DNA of 64,000 nucleotides from Eledone cirrhosa (Eukaryota): assembly GCA_964016885.1 (NCBI GenBank), contig OZ024740.1, forward strand, positions 108,314,001 to 108,378,000. Direction: 5' to 3'. Position numbers and translations under genes: made by a program. Positions 16,001-29,024 of this stretch are shown here, one piece after another. How positions within the stretch are numbered: the stretch's first letter is position 1; each line of letters opens with the position of its first letter. The notes under the pieces were generated by a model. It did no database searches. It saw nothing but the letters and a program-made list of their open reading frames with translations, and was not told the origin of the DNA.

Positions 16001-17150
16001 AAAGCATACACTAAATAAATTCAAAAGGAAAAAAAAAAAACAAAAAAAAAACGTTATCTTCACAGTAAATAGAACACGAGATATTTTTTTTTATGTCATC
16101 AGGTTTTTAATTTCCTTAAAATATGCGTCAGTTTGTCCAGTTTTTAAACATAAATAGCCGGAATTTATTTTTTTCCGACATTTTATTAATTTTACGTTTT
16201 GAACAGTAAGATTGACGATTTTATAAAAAGTATATTTTAAAATTCCTCATGGCTGTTATTAAACAGAAAACGATAAATAAAAAATAAAGGATTTAATTAC
16301 ATATCTTATTGTAAAATATAACGGCAAGTGATAAAAACCTTCAAATATTTAAGTCTAAATACGCATTACATTAAATTTCTTTTTCCATATAAGTCGCGCA
16401 ACATATTACATTACTTTCTTTGCAAAATAAATCACATTCTGCTTACACATATTACTAACTATTCATTCAGTTATTTAAACGTTTTTCTATTGTATATGTG
16501 AACAATATTTTAAATTATATAAATTTTGCCCGTTGAAATTTTTTTCATGGGTGAACAGACCAAGAATTTATGAAACGCGATCCATTGCCAATGATGTGTT
16601 TATGCTAACGATGTGTACGCATATATAATGTCTTTAAAATTGCTTACTATTTATTAAACTATTACTTTTAAAATAATTTCTAGAATGAATTGTTAAAACA
16701 ATGTTCTCATTTATATAAATAAATGTGCATATATAGGTGTGAAACGCCGCAGGTTTTATTTAAATTGAAATATATATATTTTTTTTTTTAAAGTTATATA
16801 TTAATATTTTTGTTGGTTGGTAATAGAGACAGTTGTGATGGTTGCTATCTCAGATACAACTTGTTGGATTTTTCTTTACGTTAAAATAAGTCTATATTAT
16901 GAATCATTGCTGCATTATATAGTTTATATAATAACTAATATATAACGGCTAAATATTAATAATTATATACTATTGTTTGTTAATAAAGAGTTTATCAGTT
17001 TAAAATTTATCTCTGGTATCCAGTGGTGGTTGTCAACACAACTTGTTGGATTTTTTTTTACGTTTAAAAAGAAAAATCTATCCGTGCTTTTTAACGTTTT
17101 TTTTTTCCAAAGTATTCTTTTTAACAGAAAAAGTTAAAATAAATATTTAC

Positions 17151-17207
17151 CTTAGCACCAATTTGATTTCCACATTGTCCAGCTTGTACATGTACAATCT
17201 CCCTCAT
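17151..17207 (-). CDS. TUBB: Beta-tubulin exon 1 (MREIVHVQAGQCGNQIGAK)
   Basis: Minus strand reads ATG AGG GAG ATT GTA CAT ... GCT AAG then GTAAAT donor; 57-nt first coding exon typical of metazoan beta-tubulins; begins with the MREI autoregulation motif. Not in the ORF track. Confidence 0.97.
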
Positions 17208-17326
17208 ATTTACTACGGTTTAATTATAAGACACACACAAGTAATATAACTAATAGATCAGGTAAATTGATCTAAAGATGAAATCCCCAAACGAGACAAA
17301 GACCTAACGTTCACTGCGAGTAACAC

Positions 17327-17370
17327 GACTAATATAAAAATCAGCCGCACTGCTTCTATCATATATTTAT
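17327..17370 (-). promoter_or_regulatory. Candidate TATA-like box plus initiator for beta-tubulin
   Basis: Minus strand ATAAATATA (~17369-17361) lies ~30 nt upstream of an Inr-like TTAGTC (17332-17327), ~120 nt before the ATG. Confidence 0.4.
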
Positions 17371-17656
17371 GTTTTTATACGTCTATATGTATGTGTGTAC
17401 ACATGTAGATTTACATACAGAAATATATATGCATATGTATGTGTTTATTTCTCTCTATATATCCCCCTCTTTCTATATATGTATATGTGTGTGCGTTTGT
17501 ATATATATATATATATATATCCCTCTCTTTCTATATGTATGTATATGCGTTTATCTCTCTGTCTTTCTATAGGTATATGCGTGTGTATGTTTGTTTAAGT
17601 GTATGTATATCGACCGCTTCACAACAGCGTTTCAGCAACTTTCGAAATCTACGCCA

Positions 17657-17670
17657 GTTGCCTAGACAAC
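17657..17670. promoter_or_regulatory. RFX X-box-like motif GTTGCC-TA-GACAAC in the TUBB/PSMG4 intergenic region
   Basis: Matches the RYYNYY-WW-RRNRAC X-box consensus; lies in a CpG-retaining patch next to CRE and CCAAT motifs. Confidence 0.5.
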
Positions 17671-17697
17671 GAGGAATGATGATCTCTGTCCTACTGG

Positions 17698-17705
17698 TGA
17701 CGTCA
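17698..17705. promoter_or_regulatory. Palindromic CRE (TGACGTCA)
   Basis: Perfect TGACGTCA, with ATTGG at 17707 and CCAAT at ~17772, between the two divergent genes. Confidence 0.45.
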
Positions 17706-18597
17706 TATTGGCAGTAGGGACTATTACAGTTCGCAGTGGTCCTCCTCTACGTCATTTACAGCACAATTGCGCCAATAAATATATAAATAAATAAACTCTT
17801 GGCATAATGCCGTGTATTAATTATAATAATAACTTTGCCTTTCATCCTTATGGGGTCGATAAAATAAAGTACCAGTAATGTACTGGGTATTTGCTGGCCT
17901 TGTGCCAATAGTAGAAACAATTAATTATAATAAAAAAAGCTCCTCACATTATGTGATTGTTACTTAGTAATTCCACATTCATTACAACAATCATTTATGT
18001 TAAATGTAAATATATTTCAAGCCAACGGCGGGGCTTGTTCATGGTCGCTCAACCTAACAGAAATAGCCGCCAAATCTCCCTCAAAGTGTACCCTTAAGGG
18101 ACACGTTGCATTATGTGGTTCTGGGTACAGTTGTATAGAGATGGAATGACTTATTATAATTCTACTCAATCAGGGTTAAACAAAAACGACAACCTAGTTG
18201 AAACAATATTTCCCACCATACGGGATCAATAAAACAAAATGCCATTTATATATATAATACTCTGGCTCACCATATTACTTAGCCGTTACTTTCATTAAAA
18301 ATTTGTCTTGCCATTAGACAAAAATAAATCAATATTATTTGGAAAATAGTTATCGCCCTATTAGACTACTTATATATTTTTTAAAGCGTGCTTACATTTG
18401 GTTTATTTCTTTTCTTAGCGATATACTGATTTTTAAAAAAACAAACGAATTTATATATATATACTACATAGCCTTTTCCTCGTTCTAATGCAATTTTCAA
18501 ATTCAAAATTACTGCACTTCTGGGTTACCATAGTTTAAAAACGGAACAACGTTATTTTGTGTGTTTGTGTGTTTCTTCGTTTCACGATATAGATAAA

Positions 18598-18777
18598 ATG
18601 CCTGGCATGAATGCGGATCCATCAGATGATTGTTTAATCAAAATACATCGGTTTTCAGAGAAAATTACGGACACGACAGTTCATTTTCAAGTCATCCAAA
18701 TGGCAAACAGTTTTCACATGTGGTTCGGCAGTTCGCCGCGTCTCGCCAACATGGCGGTCGCCATGAAAACAAAATAT
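18598..18777 (+). CDS. PSMG4: Proteasome assembly chaperone 4 (PAC4) exon 1
   Basis: MPGMNADPSDDCLIKIHRFSEKITDTTVHFQVIQMANSFHMWFGSSPRLANMAVAMKTKY, then GTGAGT donor; aligns by eye with the human PSMG4 N-half (LHNFSARLWEQLVHFHVMRLTDSLFLWVGATPHLRNLAVAMCSRY). Later exons were not located in the window. Confidence 0.88.
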
Positions 18778-18841
18778 GTGAGTAAGATTAGAACTTAAAA
18801 TGAAACAAAATATTTTATATTTAATATTTCTTTAATAACAT

Positions 18842-19311
18842 GAAATGTCGGCACTACCATGCTATTAGCTGTCAGAAGTGAAAGTTTCGTCAACCTTCTC
18901 AATCGTAAACGCGTTATTTTAATAAAGCATATCGATGTAAGTTACTTAAATGAAAATATAGGTGGCCCTTAAAAGGGCCAAATTAGAAAACAAATTTAAG
19001 TTAATTATAAAACAAGTCATGGTTATCAAATATTGTGGATTTAATCATTTATATTTTCATAGTAATGGTTATCAATGTAGAAAACAAGTCATTTTCACCA
19101 ACAGTGGAATTACTTCTGACAGCTAATACCATGAACTTAAATGAATTTTCACCAACAGTGGAGTTACTTCTGATAGCTAATACCTCCACTTACATCGATA
19201 TGCTTTATTAAAATAACGCGTGGTAATACGGAAATAAACGATATTTACGTTTGAGAAGGTTGACGAAACTTTCACTTCTGACAGCTAATAGCATGGTAGT
19301 GCCGAAATTTC
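18842..19311. mobile_element. Fold-back/MITE-like element with ~100-bp inverted arms in PSMG4 intron 1
   Basis: 18842-18942 is the reverse complement of 19188-19311 apart from an indel; there is an internal direct duplication TTTTCACCAACAGTGG..TTACTTCTGA.AGCTAATACC. Confidence 0.75.
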
Positions 19312-19684
19312 TCTTTTAATATTAAAACAACCAGATATTGAGGGAAGAAAGAATAGTTATTGGATTAATTTTTTAATAGCTTTATGAAATCGGGATTTCT
19401 AACAAATCCATAACCGTCACTTTTCAAATAAATTATGTAAACTGATATATTTACTATTTTGCCCAGCATTTTATATTTCAGCAAGCTTTCTATTCTATCT
19501 TACACTTCTATCCCTCTAATTAACCCGTTGTCTCTAATTATATTATCTATTGCATGGCTATTCCTTTTTATTCTGTTTGAATTAATGCAAAGAACCGTTC
19601 TTTCATTAAAATAGTTGATTATTTTAATGGATAAATTATAAAAGAAAAAGTCCATCCTAATAACATTAAAGATAGAGAAATATT

Positions 19685-19869
19685 AATTGTTTCTACTATT
19701 GACACAAGGCCAGCAATTAACCAGTACATTACTGGTACTTTATTTTATCGACCCCGTAGGGATGAAAGGCAAAGTTGACCTCGGCGGGATTTGAACTCAG
19801 AATAGCAAGGGCCGTAACTCTATGCGTCAAATCATGGTGTCCGACCCTCTACAGATACTGCTAATTCAT
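19685..19869 (-). mobile_element. SINE copy
   Basis: Family match including B-box and core. Confidence 0.88.
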
Positions 19870-20970
19870 TAATACTTTCTTAACGTCATAGTGCAGCAGG
19901 TAAACAATCAATGAGCTAAATATTGAATGCAGTTTCGATTTTGATTCCAGCTTAAAGACATTTTAATTCTTTCACTTCCTCTCTGGTTCTCATTGATCTA
20001 TTATGACAATTTACAACTCTGACTTCTTGCTAATAAAATATAAGGAAAGCTGGGGAGGGGGAAATGTATCGGTGCTATTGCACAGAATGAGACAAGAATA
20101 TCCATTTTAATATGAAGCTGGTGTTCTTGAGAAGAGGGTGTCCACCACAGCACCACTTTTCTGTTACAGATTCCCCACTTTTCATTTTCAACCACTTTGT
20201 TGTCATCATGAACCATATAGAAGCTAGTCACCTCACACTGAACTTCCACTGACTCCATAACAGAGAGCTTTGAAAATATCTTCAAATGGAGTCATTGTCA
20301 ATCATGACTTCTTCAACAAGAAACCCCACTGCAAATATTTAAACAAAAAAACATAATGACACCTCACCCAAAACCCCTAATCATGTATAGCATAGAGCTA
20401 GAACCCTTATGATTACTACAAATGCTATGCCTCACCATTAACTGTGGATGTCTGGTGAAGGCACATCTTTAATATAGTAAAGACGGAATCTCAAAAAAAC
20501 TAAACATCCTTTTCAGACAGAAAATACTTCAACCTTCAGTAACTATTAACCTCCTACTAAACTTAGGTTAGATCCACAATCGACCACTGCTCCCATGTCT
20601 AGGACAGTGCTGTTGCTACATACACAGACATTTTAGACTACATCCAAAGATGGGTCAGACACCTGATTAGAATAATGTTATTCACAATCACATTCTGGCA
20701 CCTGGCCCAAAGATGTGCTGTATCCCTCTCTAATTTTCCTATAGCTACAGTGTCATGTCACCTCCAGTCAGACAATTCTGACTCATTTGTCTCCCTATCG
20801 TGTCACCCATATTGTGCCTTGCCCCATAATAACAATAACAACCCATATAAAGTGGTTGACAAACAAACCAAGACAATGTAGAATAGAGAGAATACTTTGG
20901 TCTTAACAACCACTATGGTGTTGATGCTATGATTATTTGCACCTTGTACTCTGTAAAGTGGTTGATCTAA

Positions 20971-21353
20971 TAATTGTTTCTACTTTTGGCACAAGGCCAG
21001 CAATTACCCAGTACATTACTGGAACCTTATTTTATCTACTCCATAAGGAGGAAAGGCAAAGTTAACCGACAGGATTTGAGCTCAGACCATAAAGAGACGT
21101 ATGCTAGAAAGTATGGCGTCCAATCCTTTACCAATACTGCCAATTTGATTTCTAGTATAGGCACAAGGCCAGTAATTTGGGAGGAGGAGAAAGTCGATTA
21201 AATCGTCCCCAGTACGTTACTGGTGCTTTATTTTATCGACCCCGTAAGGATGAAAGGCAAAGTTAACCTTGGCAGGATTTGAACTCAGACCGTAACTCTA
21301 TGCTGCAAAGCATGGTGTCTGACCCTCTACTGATACTGCCAATCCACCGCCCT
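20971..21353 (-). mobile_element. Tandem SINE dimer within a single 16-bp TSD
   Basis: Two head-to-tail SINEs; TGGTTGATCTAATAAT at 20959-20974 and 21354-21369. Confidence 0.85.
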
Positions 21354-21834
21354 TGGTTGATCTAATAATCAAATGGAGACTGTTATGCTGGTGTCAGAAT
21401 AAATGTACCCAGTACACTCTGTAAAATGGTTGATATTAGGAAACCATACCAAAATATGGAACATTTGAAGAAGATGTAGTTAAGTGACCCATCTAGTCTC
21501 AAACTGTGACAACCCAAGTCAGCATGGCAAAGAAACATAAAATGATGATGATGATGAATGAACTAGTGAAACTAGCCATAGTACCAAATGGATTTTCTAC
21601 TATCATCTTTAAAAGAGAGAATATATTTAAGAATGAAACTTGAGAGAGCATTGTTTCATCAAACTCCTATCTTGATGTTGGTGTAAAGCCGAGAATATGT
21701 TTTATTTCCTTAGAGCACACTTTTTAATGTATCCTTTATCTAGATAGTAGGATGGGATTTTAGATAGATTTAGCTGCTATTTCTAGCATGTTGAAAGATC
21801 ATGAAAAGACGCCTCTCTAATTATTTAGCTCCAA

Positions 21835-23658
21835 GATGCCGGTGTACTTAGTGTCACGAATGATCAGAAAAAGGAGGCCTGGAAATGTCATTATGAGAGA
21901 CTGATGAATGTGGAGAACGAATGGGAGAGAGAGAAATTACCCTTGGTAGATCCGACAGAGGGACCAGCTATTGAGATTGACGAATATAGGGTCCAAGAGG
22001 CGATTAGGGAAATGAAAAATGGTAAGGCTGCCGGTCGATCGGGAATAGTTGCTGAGATGCTGAAGGCATCAAGGGATGTAGGCACTAAACTGGTTGCACG
22101 CATCATCAATCAGGCTATATTTGGTGGTGTCATACCCAAAGACTGGTGCAGCAGTATTCCCATAAATTGCTACAAAGGTAAAGGGGATGTTTTGGAGAGG
22201 AGCAATTATAGGGGTATAAAACTGATGGATCAGGTTATGAAAGTGGCAGAAAGGATTTTAGCACAACTAATTAGAGAAAGGGTCAAACTAGATGAGATGC
22301 AGTTTGGTTTTGTGCCTGGGAAGAGTACAACAGATGCCCTCTTCTTGGTGAGACAATTGCAAGAGAGGTTCTTAGAGAAGAATAAGCCACTATACTTAGC
22401 CTTTGTTGACCTAGAGAAGGCCTTTGATAGGGTATCCCGATCTGTCATCTGGTGGTCTCTAAGGAAGCCAGGAGTTGAGGAATGGCTTGTGAGGACAGTG
22501 CAAACTTTGTACAGAGGTACTCTCAGTAAAGTCAGGGTAGGAATGGAGTTTAGTGAGGAATTCCAGATACAAGTAGGAGTACATCAGGGTTCGGTCCTCA
22601 GCCCGCTCTTGTTCATTATAGTCCTCTAAGCCATAACAGAGGAGTTTAAGACTGGCTGTCCATGGGAACTTCTCTATGCTGACGATCTGGTTCTTATAGC
22701 AGAATCAGTAGAGGAGCTGGAGAATAGATTCTGGCTATGGAAACAGCAGTTGGAAGCAAGACGACTGAGAGTGAACCTAGCTAAGACAAAAGTGTTGATG
22801 AGTAGAAAAGAGGACAAAACCCTGATTCCGTCAGGGAAATGGCCATGTTCAATATGCAGAAAAGGAACTGGCATAAATTCTATAAAATGCACACAATGCA
22901 GATCCTGGGTACACAAGAGATGTAGCGGGATAGCAGGCAAACTAACAGGTAGGGAGAAATATGTATGCAGTAGATGTACAAGGAAATTAGACAGTAGAAG
23001 TCGCATTGATAGACACATTTTTCAAATGCAGGAGGGTGCTATAGAAGTGGTGGATAGCTTCCGGTACCTAGGAGATCAGATTAGCAAGGGAGGAGGGTGT
23101 TCCGAGGCCATAGTATCTAGAATAAGGACGGGTTGGAAGAAGTTTAGGGAGCTGCTTCCTCTGTTGACGAAGAAGGGTTTCTCCCTGCGTACGAAAGGCC
23201 GGTTGTATGATGCCTGTGTGAGGAGCGCGATGCTGCATGGTAGTGAGACATGGGCAGCAACTGCAGAGGATATGCGACGGCTGGAGAGAAATGAGGCAAG
23301 CATGCTCCGTTGGATGTGCGTGAACGACCCAGCATAAATGTGTTGAGAGAGAAACTGTGTCTGAGAGGGATAGAATGTAGTGTACGGGAGAGGAGACTGA
23401 GGTGGTATGGACATGTGATGTGCATGGAGGATGACCGATGGGTGAAGAAGTGCCAGGAAATGCCAGTTGAATGAAGACGTGGTAGAGGTAGACCACGAAA
23501 AACATGGGCGGAGGTGGTGAGAACAGACCTCAGATCATTGAAGCTCACGGTGGAGATGACGAGGGACCGTGACTAGTGGAGAGATGCTGTGCTGAATAAG
23601 ACCCGTCCCACCCTTGCAAGCAGGGAAAAGCGGACGTAAAATGATGATGATGATGATG
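21835..23658 (+). mobile_element. 5'-truncated RTE-clade LINE (subfamily A), inactivated
   Basis: RT motifs QFGF, AFVDLEKAFD, QGSVLSP, YADD (22675); premature TAA at 22627, small deletion near 23320, later stops; (GAT)n tail. It splits an older repeat (TTTAGCTCCAA|GTCAGCCCTGA). Confidence 0.95.
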
Positions 23659-24576
23659 AAGTCAGCCCTGACTGAACAGACCTATGACCAGAAACATTCC
23701 AGTTGAGACCATCTCATTTTTTACCTATTTGCAAAGAACCCAGGATCACATTAACCAATATGTACTTTTTTAAGATGGTACGTTGTGCTTTGAAGGAGAT
23801 TTGGCTGCTATTTCTAGCAGGTCGTGGGAACATATATAGACTCCCTTTTTGAAGGTGTTACACCACTAAGTGATAAGTAAAATATGATCTTGTACTTAAC
23901 TGAAGGTGACATTTAAGAAAGAAAAAAAAAATTCTGCAATTATATTAGGCTTCCAATCGTGTGATTAGCTATTTTACAACCATTCCTCATTTCAAGTCAT
24001 CCTCAAGATTTCCTGAAATTGAGCTGGTGAAACCCTGAGATATTATGATATTACTGTGGTTCATCAATCTGGCAGAGGTTTCTTTTAAATTGGCACAATA
24101 TCTAACATAGATGGCACTATGTCTAATTTCATAGTCTCTCTCTCTCTCACACACACACTGTTGGCTATATCTGTTTGGTAACAACAGGCAAGCCTCATCC
24201 ATTAAATATTGCCAAGTGTATCACCATCTACCACCTACCATATCATTTACAATGATTACACCATGTATTTTTCTGCTTTCAAAAGCATTCTGATATGTGT
24301 GGGTGGGTTGTTGTTTAGCCTTAAGTCAGCTCTCATCAAGTGTGTGTATGTGAATACATATATATAGGTATACATATGTTTGTATGTGTGTGTATATATA
24401 TATATATACATATATATATATGAGTGTATGCAATGGCATACACTCACTAAGCACTACAACCCAAAGCCAAATAGGGAGTCTTTACGTGGTCGTTTGAATT
24501 AATAGAAATATTACCTTACTATCTTAAACAAGGAAGAGCACATTAGATAATACAGTCCAAAACACCTTAAATAACT

Positions 24577-25000
24577 ATCATCATCATCGTCATCACACGT
24601 CTGCTTTTCTACTCATGAATGGGTTGGACTGGTCCTTTTCAGCACAGCATCTCTCTATTCATTGTGATCCCTTGTCATCTGTACAGTGAGCCTCTGCCCA
24701 GATCTTCCTCTACTGTGACTTCCTTCCACTAGGGTTTTTTTGCACTTCTTCACCCATTGATCATCATCCATGCACATCACATGTCTGTACCAGCGCAGTC
24801 TTCTCTCCTGTACACAATATCTGATTCCTCTTATACTCAGTTTCTCAGTTCATCCATGCTTTGTCATTCACGCACATTAACATTGCACATCCATCGAAGC
24901 ATGCTCGCTTTATTTCTCTCTGGCTTACACATATCCTCTGCAGTCACTACCCATGTTTCACTACCATGCAGCATTGCACACTGGCATCACACAACCAACC
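24577..25000 (-). mobile_element. Decayed RTE LINE 3' fragment
   Basis: Antisense similarity to the RTE C-terminus (HGSETW..ERN.ASML) and a (CAT)n tail. Confidence 0.75.
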
Positions 25001-27264
25001 TTTCAATCGAATGGATGGTCATGGTTGAAATGTCTTTGATCATAAGTCTACCCAATCAGGGTTGATCTTGCATTAAATAACAGCAACTTACTGTTTCTTC
25101 ACTTGACCTTTACTACAATGGTTATTGCTCCTCTGAACTGGCAAACTGCATACCAGTATCTCTTCTCGCTCTCTCTCTGTATGTGTATGTTCAAGCATTT
25201 TTCACCATAAAGCAGGAGTTGGCCTGGTAGATATACTTTATACCATTCCTCTTTCTCAGGCAATGTTTTACAGCTGGATGCCCTTGCTGGAGCCAACCCT
25301 TGTAGTTATCTCTCACAGCATGAAGAAATACAAGTTACTTATTCTAAACTAGATATACCCAGCACACATGCATACTCACATATATATGTATATACTAATG
25401 TGACAAATGTGTTACCCCCCCCCCCCATTTATTGCAATGGCTTATGCATTTCTTAACACAATATTTTACTTCTTACTTTTTTTCTTTGTTTCATTCATAA
25501 CTCTTGTGATATGAAAGGCACTACATTTTTTATGTCACATAAAATTCTGTGTACTTGTAGTTTAATTGCTATAAATTAATGTTTTGTCTCTCATTTCTTA
25601 CTTCACTGGATAGCATTTGACTTGTGTTAGACGCTGTGACCCTGGGTGGGCCAGCAATACCATTGGTAGGGGTCAAAACTACCAAAGTCCATCTATTTAT
25701 ATTCACGTATCTCTAGATATACATACACACACATGTGTGTATATATGTGGGTAAGTATGCATATGCATAACCTCCCAGACGTAGGTATCATATATACAAA
25801 ACCAGACAGACACTGGTATACATGAACAGAAACACTAAAATATTCTCCAGTTAAGTCATAACAACTTGTTCAATAAAACCGAGATACAATTACTATACCA
25901 GTCCTACACATAATCAACACACAAAATTCTTAATGGCTATACAATGCAAAAGCTAGCTCCACAATCTGTCAATCTCTTATAGCAATGTCAATATCATTAT
26001 CATTACGTCCATTTTCCATGTTTGCATGGGTTGGATAGATCTTCTTCAACAGAGTGTCTCACCACTTCTTGTATTCTTTTGTCATCTCCTTTGTGAGGTT
26101 CAACATCCTGAGATCAGCTTTCACCACATTATGCCTACTTCTTGGTCAGGCTTTCTCTTTTGTGATTTTTTTCCACATGGATCTACTGCCACTTCTTTAC
26201 CTATTTGTCATCATCTATATACATTCCATACATGTGTCCATGTTGCCTTCTCTTTTGCACACAACATCTATATCTAGTTATGCTGACTGCTAGGTAAAAA
26301 GAAAATGTATCTCATCATCATCGATTAACGTCCACTTTCCACACTAGCATGCGTTAGACAAGATGTCCCATTGTGTGACAAGTCAGATCAGGTGTCTGTT
26401 TCTGGCTTGGTTTCAATGGCTAGATACCCTTCCTAACCACAACCATATTTTAGTGTGGACTGGGGTGTTTTTATCATGGCATCAAAACAGCCACCAGACA
26501 TGTTGGACTGGGTGCTTTTTATATAATAAGCAACATATTTATTCTTTTACTAGTTTCAGTCATGCTATAGCACTGCCTTCAAGGAATTTAATCAATCATA
26601 TCAACCCCAATAGCTATACTTATTTTATCAGCTCTTTTTGTCAAACCACTAAGTAAACATAAACACACATCCATACAACAGGCTTCTGCACAGTTTCTGT
26701 CTACCAATTTTCACTTTAAAAAGCATTGGTCAACCTAAGGTTCTAGTAGGATGCCCTAGGAGCCATGCAGTGGGATTGAACCTCAAAACCACATGATTGT
26801 GTAGATGCTCCTTAACCACATGCAGAAAACTAAATTTTTTCAGGCCTAAAAAATACTTCTGGACTGAGCTTTGATAAAATTCAACTGCAACCCATAATTG
26901 ATTAGTGTTCACTTATCTGGTATGGAGGTATATAAACATATAGTACTTCTACTACTACATTCATGAGATGGTTGATTTGGCAGAGCAGTTAGAATGTTAA
27001 ATATTTGTTTCACATCTCTATATTCTCTATTCCAATTCTGTTGAGATCCACTTTGTCTTTCATCCTTTCAGTAAAGAAAGTACCAGCCCAGTACTGGTGT
27101 AACCCTCTCTCCTTTTTCCAGCTGTCACATCTTGGATATTGCACTAGATCCAATGGATGAGAGTTGAAAGGTTGTTTATGTCTGTTTGCAACTGCATGGG
27201 CACCGAAAACCCTTTGCGAAAGCATGGTACATGACTACCGAGTCATACTCGATTGTCAATGGCA

Positions 27265-27600
27265 GCTATAGTACTACTACAACACACACACATCCTACAC
27301 AACATGTATAGTATGACACTACTACAACATATATAGTATGGTATTACAACACACACATCCTACACAAAATATATAGTATGGTACTGCTACAACACATACA
27401 TCTTACACAACATATATAGTATGGTACTACTACAACACATACATTCTAGACAACATATATAGTATGGCACTTCTACAACACATACATTCTAGACAACATA
27501 TATAGTATAGTACTACTACAACACATACATCGTAGCCAACATATATAGTATGGTACCACTACTACTACACACACATATGTTCTAGACCACATAATACTAT
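27265..27600. repeat. ~44-bp minisatellite (TATAGTATGGTACTACTACAACACATACATCCTACACAACATA-like), ~7 copies
   Basis: Direct repeats visible in the sequence. Confidence 0.85.
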
Positions 27601-28835
27601 TGTGCTGCTGCTTCAACACACGTCTTAACCCTTTCGTTAGCATATTTCTAATGAAAAACAGTCTGAATTTTAAATACTCTCTGGTTTTGTATAATCGGTA
27701 AAATTTCACACTCGATTACACCTCACAATATGGGTTGCTTGAGTTTCCTCTTAATAATATTTGAGTTAAGCCAAGACACTCTCGAGCAGCAATCTATATC
27801 GGTAAGTCGACATGAACCTCGTTGTAGACGGCCCATCTCATACAAACCTCAGCAACGCCACAAACATATTTTGGAATTTTATTCAGTTCGACTACAGATG
27901 CAGTTATCTCTCACCTTTACCACAGAAACCAAGCTGTGAGAAAGAACAAAAGAATCGCTATTAGGAACCCCCAATTAATTTATTCATTGATAAAAGTCCT
28001 GTAAATTGTCGAAGTCTATTCAGTTTACGAGAAAGAATATTGAATTTATTTAAAACAGTGAAAATACATCAATAAGTAGCTAGAGAGATGGGCTCAACCA
28101 GTTTTTAAAATGTCATAGAAACACCGCACGGCGCCCCTACTGCTCTCATGAGTTATGGGTCCAGATAGATAGATATACGATAAAAAAAAAATTTAAAACA
28201 CTAAAATTCCTGATTAAACCTTTTTTTTTCCTAGACTATTTAACCCCGGGTCAGCCCTGAGATCAGTGAAATATTGTTTCCAAAGCAATACAAAGTTTTC
28301 CTAAAAGTAAAGCAACACCCAATTAACCAGAAATGAACCTGAATATCTTTTTTGTTACATCTTAAGATTTTCTGAGGCGTTTCATTTGCACGTAATTTCA
28401 AAATTCAAACTATAAAGAGCGGGTAAAATGTGTTGGTTGGGATACCTGACCTTAATAGGAAAACAATGGAGAAAGAGAGAGGGAGGGTGGTGACATTGAC
28501 AGTATCTTTATCGTTGTTGTCATGTCACCAGTTCCGGCCGATATAAACCTACCTCCTTTTTAAACCATTAATGTTTCAAATTATTTTTCTGGCGTTTATG
28601 TCTAAGAAATTGTATGTGTAAAATAGTTTCTGTGTATGTATAAGAGTTTTGTGTAAGAAATTGTATGTGTCTGAAATAGTTCTGTGTATGTATAAGAGTT
28701 GTGCGTATGAAATAGTTTCTGAGTTTGTGTGAGAGAAAATTCATATATTGTATGTAACTGATACATTTAGAATAGAACAGTAAATAACATTTTAGTATGA
28801 ACTAGACTGACATAAAATATCGATATATATATATA

Positions 28836-29024
28836 TACGGGAGTCGGCAGTAAAGTTCATAGACTGACCATGATACTCTCATGAAATGAGTTTTATTTTA
28901 GACAGTCCCTGGAAAGAAACAATACGGTTATTAATAAGAGTTGAAATTAAGGCATGCAAGATTTGACAGCACTAGCATCACTCCTTCATAGTCAGCTTAT
29001 GAACCTTTCAGCCGACCATCGTAT
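28836..29024. mobile_element. Tc1/mariner-type MITE
   Basis: TA-flanked imperfect TIRs TACGGGAGTCGGCAGTAAAGTTCATAGACTGAC / GTCAGCTTATGAACCTTTCAGCCGACCATCGTA. Confidence 0.7.

Noticed and set aside
19250-19285. TTGAGAA..GAAAC resembling a U3-A8 hammerhead inside the fold-back
   Set aside because: Stems I-III cannot be formed.
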